A stretch of DNA of 64,000 bases from positions 28,706 to 92,705 of the forward strand of contig CBDCAN010000028.1 of NCBI GenBank assembly GCA_965213875.1, written 5' to 3'. A model generated the notes under the pieces. It was not told where the DNA came from. It saw only the letters and a list, made by a program, of their open reading frames with translations, and did no database searches. Below, piece by piece: positions 46,814 through 55,864 of this stretch; positions within the stretch are counted from its first letter, which is position 1, and each line of letters starts with the position of its first letter. Source of the DNA: Tunicatimonas sp. (lineage in GTDB: Bacteria > Bacteroidota > Bacteroidia > Cytophagales > Cyclobacteriaceae). The position numbers were made by a program, and so were the translations under genes.

Positions 46814-49800
46814 CTATTTTTCTAAAACGATACGCCGCTGGAAGTGCTCACCCGCCGCGTGCAGCTGTACGGTATACACCCCATTGGGTAAGCTCTGTAA
46901 GTCTACCTGCTGCGTTCCTCTACTTACCGTTTGTTGCCATACCGACTGCCCCTGAATGTTATATACCTCCAGCGTAGCGGTTTCGGTATCGGGCACCAGC
47001 ACTTGTACGCTTCCGGTGCTAGGGTTGGGGTACACAGAGAAAGAAGCGCTGCTACCTTCAGAACCTGAAAGCTTGCCGGGCTCAGCGATAGTACGAGCAG
47101 CCACCGTCGAGGTAGCCCTCCACCAGTTGATACTGTTGCCCACCTGATCGCTCACCAGCTCCAGGGTTTGTTGCCCCGCCGGCAATTCAGCGGTGGCAGT
47201 AACCTCTTGCCAACCAAACGGACTTGAGCGCTTGACCTTTACTTCGTGTAGCGTCACGCCTTCGTGCTGCAAGCGGAACGTAGCCTTTCTGGCGAGCGAG
47301 CGCACCCGGTAGGTAAAGGTGTAGGTGCCCGCTTGGGTCACATTCACCGGATACGTAAGGGTAGTCCCCTTCCTTAAGCAGAGCACCGCGTCAGACCCGT
47401 CATTGTCACCGCTGGCTAGTACCACGGCGTAACCCGTCTGTTGGGCAAACGTTTCGGCCTCTACTTGCCCCGGCAGGTTCATATCCACCCCTTCGGCAGT
47501 CCACCAATTAAGCTTCCATCGGCGACCTATTGACTGTATACGCAGCGTTTGCGTTCCCTCTTCCAGGTAGGCGTAAGCAGTGATGTTGGTCCACTGCCCT
47601 ACTGCTGAGTAGCGCAATGATTTTCCGTAGTGAAGTACTTGGTCATCTTGCTTCAGACTAAAGATAGCCAGACCGCCTCGTTCTCGAGCTACACGGTAGG
47701 TGAACTTATACAAACCGGCTTCTTTTACCTCTACCTCGTAGTCTAGATAATCACCGTGACCGATACCCGTTACCGCATCGGTATCGTCATCCTCAGAGGG
47801 CGCTACCGTTACGTTGGGCTGCTCCAGATAAGATTCGGCTTCTATCTTACCCGGCAGTTGGTTAACGGCCACTGCCTCTTCCGCTAAGTAGACGGTTCCG
47901 AACAGCGCAGCATTCGAGAAGGATTGATCAATCTCTGCGAACCACGATAGCTTACCGTCGCGGTTGCCGCCTTCATCGTCGTCAATAACGTGGACGTCGA
48001 GCCCGAGGAAGAGCCCGGGCGCGGGCGTGGCACCAACGGCGGTCCAGGGAAGCTTCACCTCGGCGATATAGCCGGTGGCGGTTTCAGTCACCGATGCCTC
48101 AGCACCGTCGCCTAATTGGCCTTTGGTGTCAAAGATGCTACCGTCGAGACGAACAACGATCTGGTAGTCGTTCTCATCGTAGCTGTTGAAAGTCTTCGAG
48201 TTGTCGGCATCTAGGTAAATCTCTACGCCGTCGTCTTGAAACCATTCGCCGTCAGCGTTATCACTACTAAGGGCATCATCCTGCACTTCCACGTAAAAGT
48301 ACAGAGCATCCTCATTATAAACCGAACGCCACGTAGCACTCAGGTCTGCTGCATCTGTGATCGTCGGCTGGATCTCGGTGTCAATAGCGACGGCCTCGAC
48401 TTCGGCGTACGCATCGTCAAGCTCGCCGTCGAGCGCAACGGTGGCCGTTGTTTGCAGTATCGCGGGTGGCGGGGCCACTTCACGTAGTTCGGCTTCGCCG
48501 TAGAGGCTCGGATCATCTTCGATACCTTCAACGGTCGACTGCCACGCCAACCGGTTCTCGATGGCTCCTTCTTCGCCATCGCTGTCCTCTACGACGATTT
48601 CAATTCCGAACACGCTGGTGTCGGCGGGGGTAAACGAAATCTCGCTCCACGGAATTGATACTTCTACGGCGTACCCGGTCTCCGTGACGGCCGCTGCGGC
48701 ATCTTCAAGCCGCTCAGAGGTGCCATCGGCGGTGACGGCAAAGAGGGCGTCGTTATTATCAGTCGTCGCTGATTTCTCGTTGCCGCCGTCAAGCAGGATA
48801 AGTACGCGATCGCCGCCGGCGACACTGTCGTCAGTCACTTCTACGTAAAGATAGAGGTTGTCGGCGTCATAGCCACCCTTCCAGGTCGCGCCCAGGTCCT
48901 CATCAGCGGGGTTGTCACCAGCAATAATCTTCGTGAGTTGCTGGAGAGGGCTGGTATAAAAGCCGTCCTCAACGCCGTCGAGGCTCATGGGCGAAGGCGT
49001 TGAGTTGATGATCGCCAATAGCGTAGGATCAGCCGGGAGATCTCCAACCCCCTCGTACGGGCCTTCCAGTGCACCAAGATCAATACCGTCGGTTCGCTCA
49101 CGGCCCGTAAGATCGTCCTCTACTGAGGCATCCAAGCCGTCAGGAAGCGTCGGTTCTGTACCAGCATCGATGGCTGCGCTGGTCTCACGCAGACCGAAGT
49201 AGCCCGTGAACTCCCCGACCGTGGCAAACGCAGGAACTTCCTCATCCACCGCCGCGGCGTTCGCAAAGGCGGGGTAGCTCTGGCGATCTTCTGAGGCGAT
49301 AAGATTGGAGAATACGTTGCGAATACCTTCCGGACCAATTTGCCGAAAGGTCCCCACGAGCATGTTGGACGTAGCCAGAAGACGGGCGTCATCAGGATCT
49401 TTCGGTGCGAACGATACCGCGTGACCAGGCTGATTGAATTTCTTCACTGCAATGTTGTTATACACCGAGACCGGCCCTGTGATCGCCTGGAGATCAATGT
49501 CGCCGACGTTCGATCCGAATTCTGAGAGCACCAAATTATTATGGTAGACCGTATTGTTACGGATCGTTACGTTTGCCGCCTCGAAAGACTTGATACCCGC
49601 GCCGCCGTTGTTGAACACCAGGTTGTTCTCAATAAGGGTGTTTGCTAAGAAGGGCGGGGTCGTGTTGACGGTACCGTCGAAGGTCTGAGTTTGCTCAAAG
49701 TCATCGAGGATAATTCCGTTACCATCGGTCGGCACGGTGAAGCCTCGCGGTGCGAACGGTACGCGACACTCATTCTCAAACAAGACGTTGTCGCGGATAA

Positions 49801-51910
49801 TGATGTGCGGTCCGGGCTCTTGATCACGCTCGATGGGTTGATAAATACTGAGGCCCGAACAGTTGAATGGATTATTCTTGGCGTTGTCGCGCGCCACATT
49901 CCGCTCGTAGGTAAGGTAATCACCCTCGCGGCCGCCAAAGCCTGCGCAACCGCAGTCGTGAGCGTAATTGTCACTAAAGGTTACGTAGTCGGAGCCAATG
50001 GCATCAAAGGCCGTCATCCAATCGTCCTCACCCTCACCGGGGTGATACGCTTCGAAACCACTGACAACAACGAAATCTGAATTAAGAACCTGAAGGATCG
50101 TACCACTTTTATCATTGCCAATCAGCTTGGCACCAAAAGGATTCTTCGACATCACTACGGTTGGGTTCTCAGCCGTACCAATCAGGTCAGACACCCTGAA
50201 CTGCCCGGTGTACTCGCCGTCGCCAACGATGAGAGAATCACCGGGAATAAGCTTGCTCAAAGCGAAAGTGAGGGTACCAAAAGCCCGTGTTTCCAGCAGA
50301 CCATCGTTGCCGTTCGAACCGTTAGGGTTTACGTAAAAAGTGACGTTGTCCGTCCGTACCGGAGTGATGTCTTCAAACTCGACGTCATCTATGTAGATAC
50401 AGTCATTCGTAGCGCCGATCCCAATGCTCCAGTGTAGAAAGCGGTTAGACTGTCCGGCTTCCAGTGGTGAGTCAAACTCTTGAGAGAAGGTCTGCCACTC
50501 TTCGGTAATCGCTGTCGAGAGGAAGGCGGCTTGGATCTCGTCGGCACCCTCAGCGCGCGAACTGACGTATGCCCCGGTACTCAATGGGGTTGTACCATCC
50601 TTACGAGCGCGAAAAGTGAGACGGAACCGCTTGCCCGCTAGATCACGGAGGCGGCGTTCGTCAGTAATCTGAATGCCCTGGCTAAAGTTGTTACCGGGAG
50701 TTGCTTCACCGGTATTACAAGCCTTGATGGCATCGCCGCAGCCGCCGGTTTCATCATCAACCTGCTCAATCGTACCATTGTCACCGTTGAAGAGGCTGTA
50801 GCTTCCGGGAACGTTGAAGAGGCCGGGGTCGCAGGTTTCGTTGATTTGCTCAAGGGCGAACGAGTCGACGTACATTGTCGTCTCAAGACCACCAATCCCA
50901 AAACCCACGTAAATGAACTGGTCCATCTCGCCGGGCGTACGCGGACTCTCAAACTCAGCCTCCAGTGTTTGCCACTCGGTTGTGAGGTTGAGGTCAGCAA
51001 AATAAGCGGTTTCGTCTCCTCCGGCGCGCTTTCGAGAGGGCACGTAAAGGGCCGCTTGATCCTCAGCATCGGCGCGGTAGCGCAGGGAAATTCGGTAACG
51101 GTTACCGGGGGTATCCTCCAGGCTTAGCTCTTCGCGAAACGACAAACCCTCGTCAAAGTTACCCGCGGGCTCGGCAGAGAGGGTGATGGCTATTGCATCG
51201 CCGCAGTTAGCGGTAGCGTCATCTACAGTCGTCGCACTAGCCGTTCCAAAAAAAGAGCTATAGTTGCTACTGACGTTGAGCGGGCCCTCCTGGCAGCCCG
51301 AGGGGTCGGGAGGGGTGTCACCCTCTGTAACTACCGCAATGTTGTCAATCTGAAAGGGGTTGGCATTGTCAGCCGTTGGAAATTGAAGGTGCACGTAGTG
51401 ATCCGGAGCACCTTCTTCCTGCGGCGAGGCCAGAGTAACGGAAAATTCTTGCCACTCCGTAGTAGCACTCAGCACGTAGTAACTCGCATTAGCACCGCCC
51501 ACCTGAAACTGGTCATCGGTGAAAGTGGGGTCGTCTTCCTCGCGCGAGGTAACCCAGAAGATAATATCGCGCGGGTTGTCGGCGCGGTAGCGTAGCGAGA
51601 TGGTGTGGGTCAAGCCGGCGCGGTCGAGGTTGCCAGCACTAGGCGAAATCTGCGCGGCAGCGCTGAACGGAGCATCTGGTGCTAGTTCACCCGTGTACTG
51701 TATCTCGAAGGCATCACCCTCTACGGCATCAGTATTGTCTACGGCGGTGATGGTGCTGCCGCCGTACGTTACGTAATTGTCAACGTCGTTCAGCGTGGCA
51801 TCCTCGTCTTGCGCGTGCAGCGAGGCTGCACCTAAGAGGACGAAGGCCAGTGGGAGGAGTTTCCGGTAGTAGAAGCTCCGGCAGCATAATAAGGAATACA
51901 AGTTTCTCAT
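46814..51910 (-). CDS. T9SS-secreted multimodular carbohydrate-active protein (CBM4/9-like x3, right-handed beta-helix, CBM9-like x2, CBM6-like x2, CTD)
   Basis: Signal peptide; FYVNPNGSNGNDG, TDGNGIILDDF, NNLVFNNGGAG; LYFYVEVQDD...DGVEIYLD; LPGKIEAESY/LPGQVEAETF; VYPNPSTG...GVYTV CTD. Confidence 0.88.
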   Translation of the reverse strand: MRNLYSLLCCRSFYYRKLLPLAFVLLGAASLHAQDEDATLNDVDNYVTYGGSTITAVDNTDAVEGDAFEIQYTGELAPDAPFSAAAQISPSAGNLDRAGLTHTISLRYRADNPRDIIFWVTSREEDDPTFTDDQFQVGGANASYYVLSATTEWQEFSVTLASPQEEGAPDHYVHLQFPTADNANPFQIDNIAVVTEGDTPPDPSGCQEGPLNVSSNYSSFFGTASATTVDDATANCGDAIAITLSAEPAGNFDEGLSFREELSLEDTPGNRYRISLRYRADAEDQAALYVPSRKRAGGDETAYFADLNLTTEWQTLEAEFESPRTPGEMDQFIYVGFGIGGLETTMYVDSFALEQINETCDPGLFNVPGSYSLFNGDNGTIEQVDDETGGCGDAIKACNTGEATPGNNFSQGIQITDERRLRDLAGKRFRLTFRARKDGTTPLSTGAYVSSRAEGADEIQAAFLSTAITEEWQTFSQEFDSPLEAGQSNRFLHWSIGIGATNDCIYIDDVEFEDITPVRTDNVTFYVNPNGSNGNDGLLETRAFGTLTFALSKLIPGDSLIVGDGEYTGQFRVSDLIGTAENPTVVMSKNPFGAKLIGNDKSGTILQVLNSDFVVVSGFEAYHPGEGEDDWMTAFDAIGSDYVTFSDNYAHDCGCAGFGGREGDYLTYERNVARDNAKNNPFNCSGLSIYQPIERDQEPGPHIIIRDNVLFENECRVPFAPRGFTVPTDGNGIILDDFEQTQTFDGTVNTTPPFLANTLIENNLVFNNGGAGIKSFEAANVTIRNNTVYHNNLVLSEFGSNVGDIDLQAITGPVSVYNNIAVKKFNQPGHAVSFAPKDPDDARLLATSNMLVGTFRQIGPEGIRNVFSNLIASEDRQSYPAFANAAAVDEEVPAFATVGEFTGYFGLRETSAAIDAGTEPTLPDGLDASVEDDLTGRERTDGIDLGALEGPYEGVGDLPADPTLLAIINSTPSPMSLDGVEDGFYTSPLQQLTKIIAGDNPADEDLGATWKGGYDADNLYLYVEVTDDSVAGGDRVLILLDGGNEKSATTDNNDALFAVTADGTSERLEDAAAAVTETGYAVEVSIPWSEISFTPADTSVFGIEIVVEDSDGEEGAIENRLAWQSTVEGIEDDPSLYGEAELREVAPPPAILQTTATVALDGELDDAYAEVEAVAIDTEIQPTITDAADLSATWRSVYNEDALYFYVEVQDDALSSDNADGEWFQDDGVEIYLDADNSKTFNSYDENDYQIVVRLDGSIFDTKGQLGDGAEASVTETATGYIAEVKLPWTAVGATPAPGLFLGLDVHVIDDDEGGNRDGKLSWFAEIDQSFSNAALFGTVYLAEEAVAVNQLPGKIEAESYLEQPNVTVAPSEDDDTDAVTGIGHGDYLDYEVEVKEAGLYKFTYRVARERGGLAIFSLKQDDQVLHYGKSLRYSAVGQWTNITAYAYLEEGTQTLRIQSIGRRWKLNWWTAEGVDMNLPGQVEAETFAQQTGYAVVLASGDNDGSDAVLCLRKGTTLTYPVNVTQAGTYTFTYRVRSLARKATFRLQHEGVTLHEVKVKRSSPFGWQEVTATAELPAGQQTLELVSDQVGNSINWWRATSTVAARTIAEPGKLSGSEGSSASFSVYPNPSTGSVQVLVPDTETATLEVYNIQGQSVWQQTVSRGTQQVDLQSLPNGVYTVQLHAAGEHFQRRIVLEK

Positions 51911-51988
51911 AAGATTAGGGGTTATTGTAGATGATTAGTGAAATCAGATAGTAATATACCGGTCACTTTTACGAGATTAGTGACTCGC

Positions 51989-52011
51989 AATATCGTAAAA
52001 TGTACGCTAAG
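51989..52011. promoter_or_regulatory. Candidate NrtR-family site upstream of the 1698-aa gene
   Basis: AATATCGT-AAAATGT-ACGCTAAG; a second GT-N7-AC core at 51962-51972. Confidence 0.35.
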
Positions 52012-52114
52012 TTCAAGAAATCATTTAGCTTTTCGTCTTGGCGTAAGAAACAATCTATTGGTAAGTCTACTGACCGGCAATTTTCCCCTACTCACATAAG
52101 CTTCGGTGCTTCAC

Positions 52115-52410
52115 TTAGTGTAAGCGCCCCCGCTGGTTGTACTCCTTCATCGTTTGGTTGAGTCGTTTAACATTCACTCTACCGTTCTGCTCTTGGCCAT
52201 GATGCAGTATGGCCAGCCCTTTATTGATCATGATAAATCGACGCTCGCCCGAGGGTATCAGTGCACAGCGCATTCTTACGGTTATCGCCAATACCACAGA
52301 TCACCCGTCAGTGACCGCTTTCCAAAAGCTGCGTCGCAACTCCAGGTGGCACCTTGGTGTGATAGAGATTAGTCTCGAAGTTTCCTAGTTCGGCGGTGAA
52401 GTGCGCACCA
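52115..52410 (-). pseudogene. Degraded DUF1905/YdeI-OmpD-associated-like gene
   Basis: Reads FTAELGNFETNLYHTKVPPGVATQLLESGH*RVICGIGDN then, after a frameshift, VRMRCALIPSGERRFIMINK; in-frame TGA at 52310-52308. Confidence 0.5.
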
Positions 52411-52461
52411 GCGTTGATTTTTGTCTTGCTGCTTGCGGATGAAAGCAAGAGGTTGATACAA

Positions 52462-52489
52462 AAAAAGCTCCTCAGGTGAGGAGCTTTTT
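52462..52489 (-). terminator. Rho-independent terminator after the S9 peptidase
   Basis: AAAAAGCTCCTCA-GG-TGAGGAGCTTTTT. Confidence 0.85.
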
Positions 52490-52518
52490 GTTGATGTGGG
52501 TCTATGATATCGGGCCTA

Positions 52519-55191
52519 CTAACTATCCACCAGTTCGGTGGTGATCACCGCGCCTCCCATGGCGGGTACCACCGCTTTGGTCTTTACAGTCTTGTGGCTA
52601 GCTTCATCTACCCAGTACTCCGTTTGACCGGCATCACCATTGGCAGACTTCACTTCTATCCGATAGGTTTTGAACGTTCCGGCGGGCACCGTCACTTCTT
52701 CCTCTCCTACTACCTCAAGCACCATGGTTTTTAGCTGGTTGGCCTGTATGTCCAGGTTCTGGTAGGTCGTTTGATAGTCAGCCTTGAGAGGCAGCTTCGC
52801 GATTACCTGATCAGCACCGGCGCCGTCGGCGTACAGCGCGTTTTCTACCGCATGATCAACCGCAATCTCCTGTCCATTGGCGTTGATCTCGCCCGTGATG
52901 CTATCGGACGAATACGTGAGGGCAATGTTGACGGGCCCCTGGTTCACCTGACGGTTAATGGGTTGCAGGGTTTGCTTTTGTACGACCGTAGAATCTACGG
53001 CTACGCCCATAGGGGTTTGCGCCGACTCTACCATCACCCAGGTATCCCCTTCTTCCTTAATTTCCAACTGTTTCTCCATCGGAATCTTTTGCTCTCCCAT
53101 CTCGACGGTCACTTGGTAGTTGTACGAACCGGCTTCCAGGTCTTGGCTAGGCTGGGGAGCATCCAATGCCGTTACATCCAGTGCTTCGGGCAAGGTTACG
53201 GTCGCCACATCTACCGTGATCTCTTCTAACCGCTGGGCCACTTCCTGACTCATGGTTTCTTGGTAACGCCCGCCCAGGTGCTTGGCCAGAAACTCTTCGG
53301 TGCGGGCCAGCATGGCCATGTTGTTCACCGGACGCGCAAAACCGTGCCCTTCGTCGGGCGCGACGATGTATGCTACCGGAAAGTCTCGCTCGCGTAGTGC
53401 TACCACAATCTGGTCGGATTCAGCCTGCTTCACCCGCGGATCGTTGGCGCCCTGCACCACCAGTAGCGGAGTCGTGATTTGGTCGGCCGAATTGAGCGGA
53501 GACTGCCGCTCGAGCTGGGCCTTACCTTCGGGCGTTTCGGGGTCGCCCATACGCTCGGTAAACAATTTGTAGATGGACGCCCAGTACGGCGGAATTGACC
53601 CCAGCAGGGTGATGAGGTTCGAAGGCCCCACGATAGATACCCCGGCGGCGTACACGTCGGGCGTAAAGGCCACTCCGGCTAGGGTAGCGTAGCCTCCGTA
53701 CGATCCGCCCATGATACCAATGCGGGTTGAGTCGGCAATGCCTTCTTCTATCAAGTACTTAGCCCCCCAAGTAAGATCATCCTGCATTTTCTGTCCCCAC
53801 TCTTTGTTGCCCGCATTCAGAAACGCTTTGCCGTAGCCGGTAGAACCCCGGAAGTTAGGTTGCAGTACGGCGTAGCCCCGGTTGGCCAGAAACTGCGCGT
53901 AGGAATCGTAGCCCCAGAGGTCGCGCGCCCAAGGCCCACCGTGCGGATTGATAATTACCGGTAAATTTTTAGCCTCAACGCCCTTAGGCAAGGTCAGGTA
54001 AGCCGGAATCTCCGTGCCGTCGGACGAGGTGTAGCGCACGGCCTTCATCTCTGCCAGACTTTCCTGCGGCATGTTGGGGCGCGGGCGGTACTGAAGCTCT
54101 ACGGCCTGATCGTCGCGGTTGAAGTAGTAGGTGGCCCCCGGGTCAGTATCGCTGTTCACCGATATCAACCACTCTTGCTCGTCTTCAGTGCTGGAAGAAA
54201 AGCCGATCTCTTTGCCTGGAAACTGCTCCTGTAGAAACGCATAGTCTTGCTCGTAGGCGTCGTCCTTCCAGTAGCGTCTGATTTTCTCATCGGTATACGT
54301 GGTGGCGATAAGTTCGTCGGTTACTTCCGAAAATACGGCTGAACCAAAGTCCACTTTGCCCTCAGGGTCTGACTCTACCAGTGTGATGGCCTCGCTCTGT
54401 GGGTTGAACAGCATGAGCTGCGTTAGGTCGGTATCATCACCTTTATTGGTGACCATGTATACCTGTTCACCATCCTTATGAAACCGCACCGGATAGCAGG
54501 TTTCAAAGATACCGCACTCGTACACCTTGGTGAAACTGGTACTATCAACGCGCAGGATTTCTGTGCGACCGTCTTCTGCCGATCGGGTGGCCAAGCGGGG
54601 ATTCCCCTCCAGATCAAACTGCCAGCTGGTTAATCGCTCCGTGTTTTCGCGTAGCAGCGTGAGTTCGCCGCTAGAAATCTTCAGCGAATACAAGTCGTGC
54701 CAAGCCGGATCGCGGTCGTTCAGACCAACGTACACCAAGTCTGGGTCGCTCTCGGGCACCGCGTAAATCAGGGCTCGGGTGCTATCACGGTCCGTCAGGT
54801 CGCGGGCTTCGGGCACCCCCTCCGTCGTGGCGGCCGGATCCACCGCGTACACGTGGAAGTTTTCGTTGCCGCCTTTGTCTTGCACGTAGAGCACGTGCTG
54901 GCCATCGCGCGACCAGAAATAGCCTCGGATGGGCCGCAGGGTGTCGGCCGTGATAGGCCGGGCGTCTTCAAAAGTATCGTCTACCCCCTTCACCCAAATG
55001 TTGCGGGTGCCTTCGTAGGGTTTGAGAAACGAAATGTACTGACCGTCGGGCGAAAGTTGACCACCGGATATTTCAGGGTCATCAAAAAATATCTCCCGAT
55101 CAATCAGCTCCGGTTGCTGGGCTAGAGCCACCGAAGTGCTCAGCCAGAAAAGGACTACCGTGAGGTAGGTATTCATACTAAATCTCGTCAT
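52519..55191 (-). CDS. S9 family (prolyl oligopeptidase/acylaminoacyl) peptidase with a C-terminal extra domain
   Basis: Signal peptide, beta-propeller, NPHGGPW, GGSYGGY, NDPRV, DEGHGF; C-terminal VTVPAGTFKTY domain. Confidence 0.93.
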   Translation of the reverse strand: MTRFSMNTYLTVVLFWLSTSVALAQQPELIDREIFFDDPEISGGQLSPDGQYISFLKPYEGTRNIWVKGVDDTFEDARPITADTLRPIRGYFWSRDGQHVLYVQDKGGNENFHVYAVDPAATTEGVPEARDLTDRDSTRALIYAVPESDPDLVYVGLNDRDPAWHDLYSLKISSGELTLLRENTERLTSWQFDLEGNPRLATRSAEDGRTEILRVDSTSFTKVYECGIFETCYPVRFHKDGEQVYMVTNKGDDTDLTQLMLFNPQSEAITLVESDPEGKVDFGSAVFSEVTDELIATTYTDEKIRRYWKDDAYEQDYAFLQEQFPGKEIGFSSSTEDEQEWLISVNSDTDPGATYYFNRDDQAVELQYRPRPNMPQESLAEMKAVRYTSSDGTEIPAYLTLPKGVEAKNLPVIINPHGGPWARDLWGYDSYAQFLANRGYAVLQPNFRGSTGYGKAFLNAGNKEWGQKMQDDLTWGAKYLIEEGIADSTRIGIMGGSYGGYATLAGVAFTPDVYAAGVSIVGPSNLITLLGSIPPYWASIYKLFTERMGDPETPEGKAQLERQSPLNSADQITTPLLVVQGANDPRVKQAESDQIVVALRERDFPVAYIVAPDEGHGFARPVNNMAMLARTEEFLAKHLGGRYQETMSQEVAQRLEEITVDVATVTLPEALDVTALDAPQPSQDLEAGSYNYQVTVEMGEQKIPMEKQLEIKEEGDTWVMVESAQTPMGVAVDSTVVQKQTLQPINRQVNQGPVNIALTYSSDSITGEINANGQEIAVDHAVENALYADGAGADQVIAKLPLKADYQTTYQNLDIQANQLKTMVLEVVGEEEVTVPAGTFKTYRIEVKSANGDAGQTEYWVDEASHKTVKTKAVVPAMGGAVITTELVDS

Positions 55192-55272
55192 AGTTGTGTC
55201 GTTAAGTGGATAAGGTACGCAGAGGCAATACGTGCGTTCTACGGTCTCACAATATATGACTTTCCGGTGGTT

Positions 55273-55734
55273 TTATAGCCAGCGGCGCACGCGCTGTCGG
55301 TAGGTGTGGTACGCTTCGCCGAACTTTGCCGCCAGTGCTTGTTCCTCAGGGATAATCTGAAAGTGGTTCATGTACAGCACGAACGCCGGAAGTATTAGCC
55401 AGCACCAAGGATTAGCCAGGTAACAGGCCCAACCCAGCAGCACTAACAGCAGACCGACGTACATGGGGTTGCGGCTGAACCGATAGATACCCGAAGTGAC
55501 CACCGTGGTGCTCGCCTCGGGCTGGGTAGGATCGACCGTGGTGTTGGCCCGGCGAAATGATAATACGCCCGCCAAACCCGAAAGCACTCCCAATGCGATG
55601 AATACGGCAGCCAGTGATCTATTCGGCCAATAATGAATTATCGTGGTGGGCAGTCGCTGTGCCATCACCCACATAGCCGCCCCTACCACCAAGGCAACCA
55701 TCACTGGAGGGACTTTAAGATGAAGTCGGCTCAA
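55273..55734 (-). CDS. Isoprenylcysteine carboxyl methyltransferase (PEMT) family protein
   Basis: GIYRFSRNPMYVG, PEEQAL..KFG..Y..Y..RVRRWL. Confidence 0.92.
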   Translation of the reverse strand: MSRLHLKVPPVMVALVVGAAMWVMAQRLPTTIIHYWPNRSLAAVFIALGVLSGLAGVLSFRRANTTVDPTQPEASTTVVTSGIYRFSRNPMYVGLLLVLLGWACYLANPWCWLILPAFVLYMNHFQIIPEEQALAAKFGEAYHTYRQRVRRWL

Positions 55735-55864
55735 TATCTTCTATGGTAGCGACATACACTTGAAGAGTCTCCAATCATACTGCTTCTTATTCGATAGAAT
55801 GACTTTCAAATGCTCTTCTTTAGAGCGGGCAACAGAAGGCGATAGTAAAGATAGCTTAAAACAG

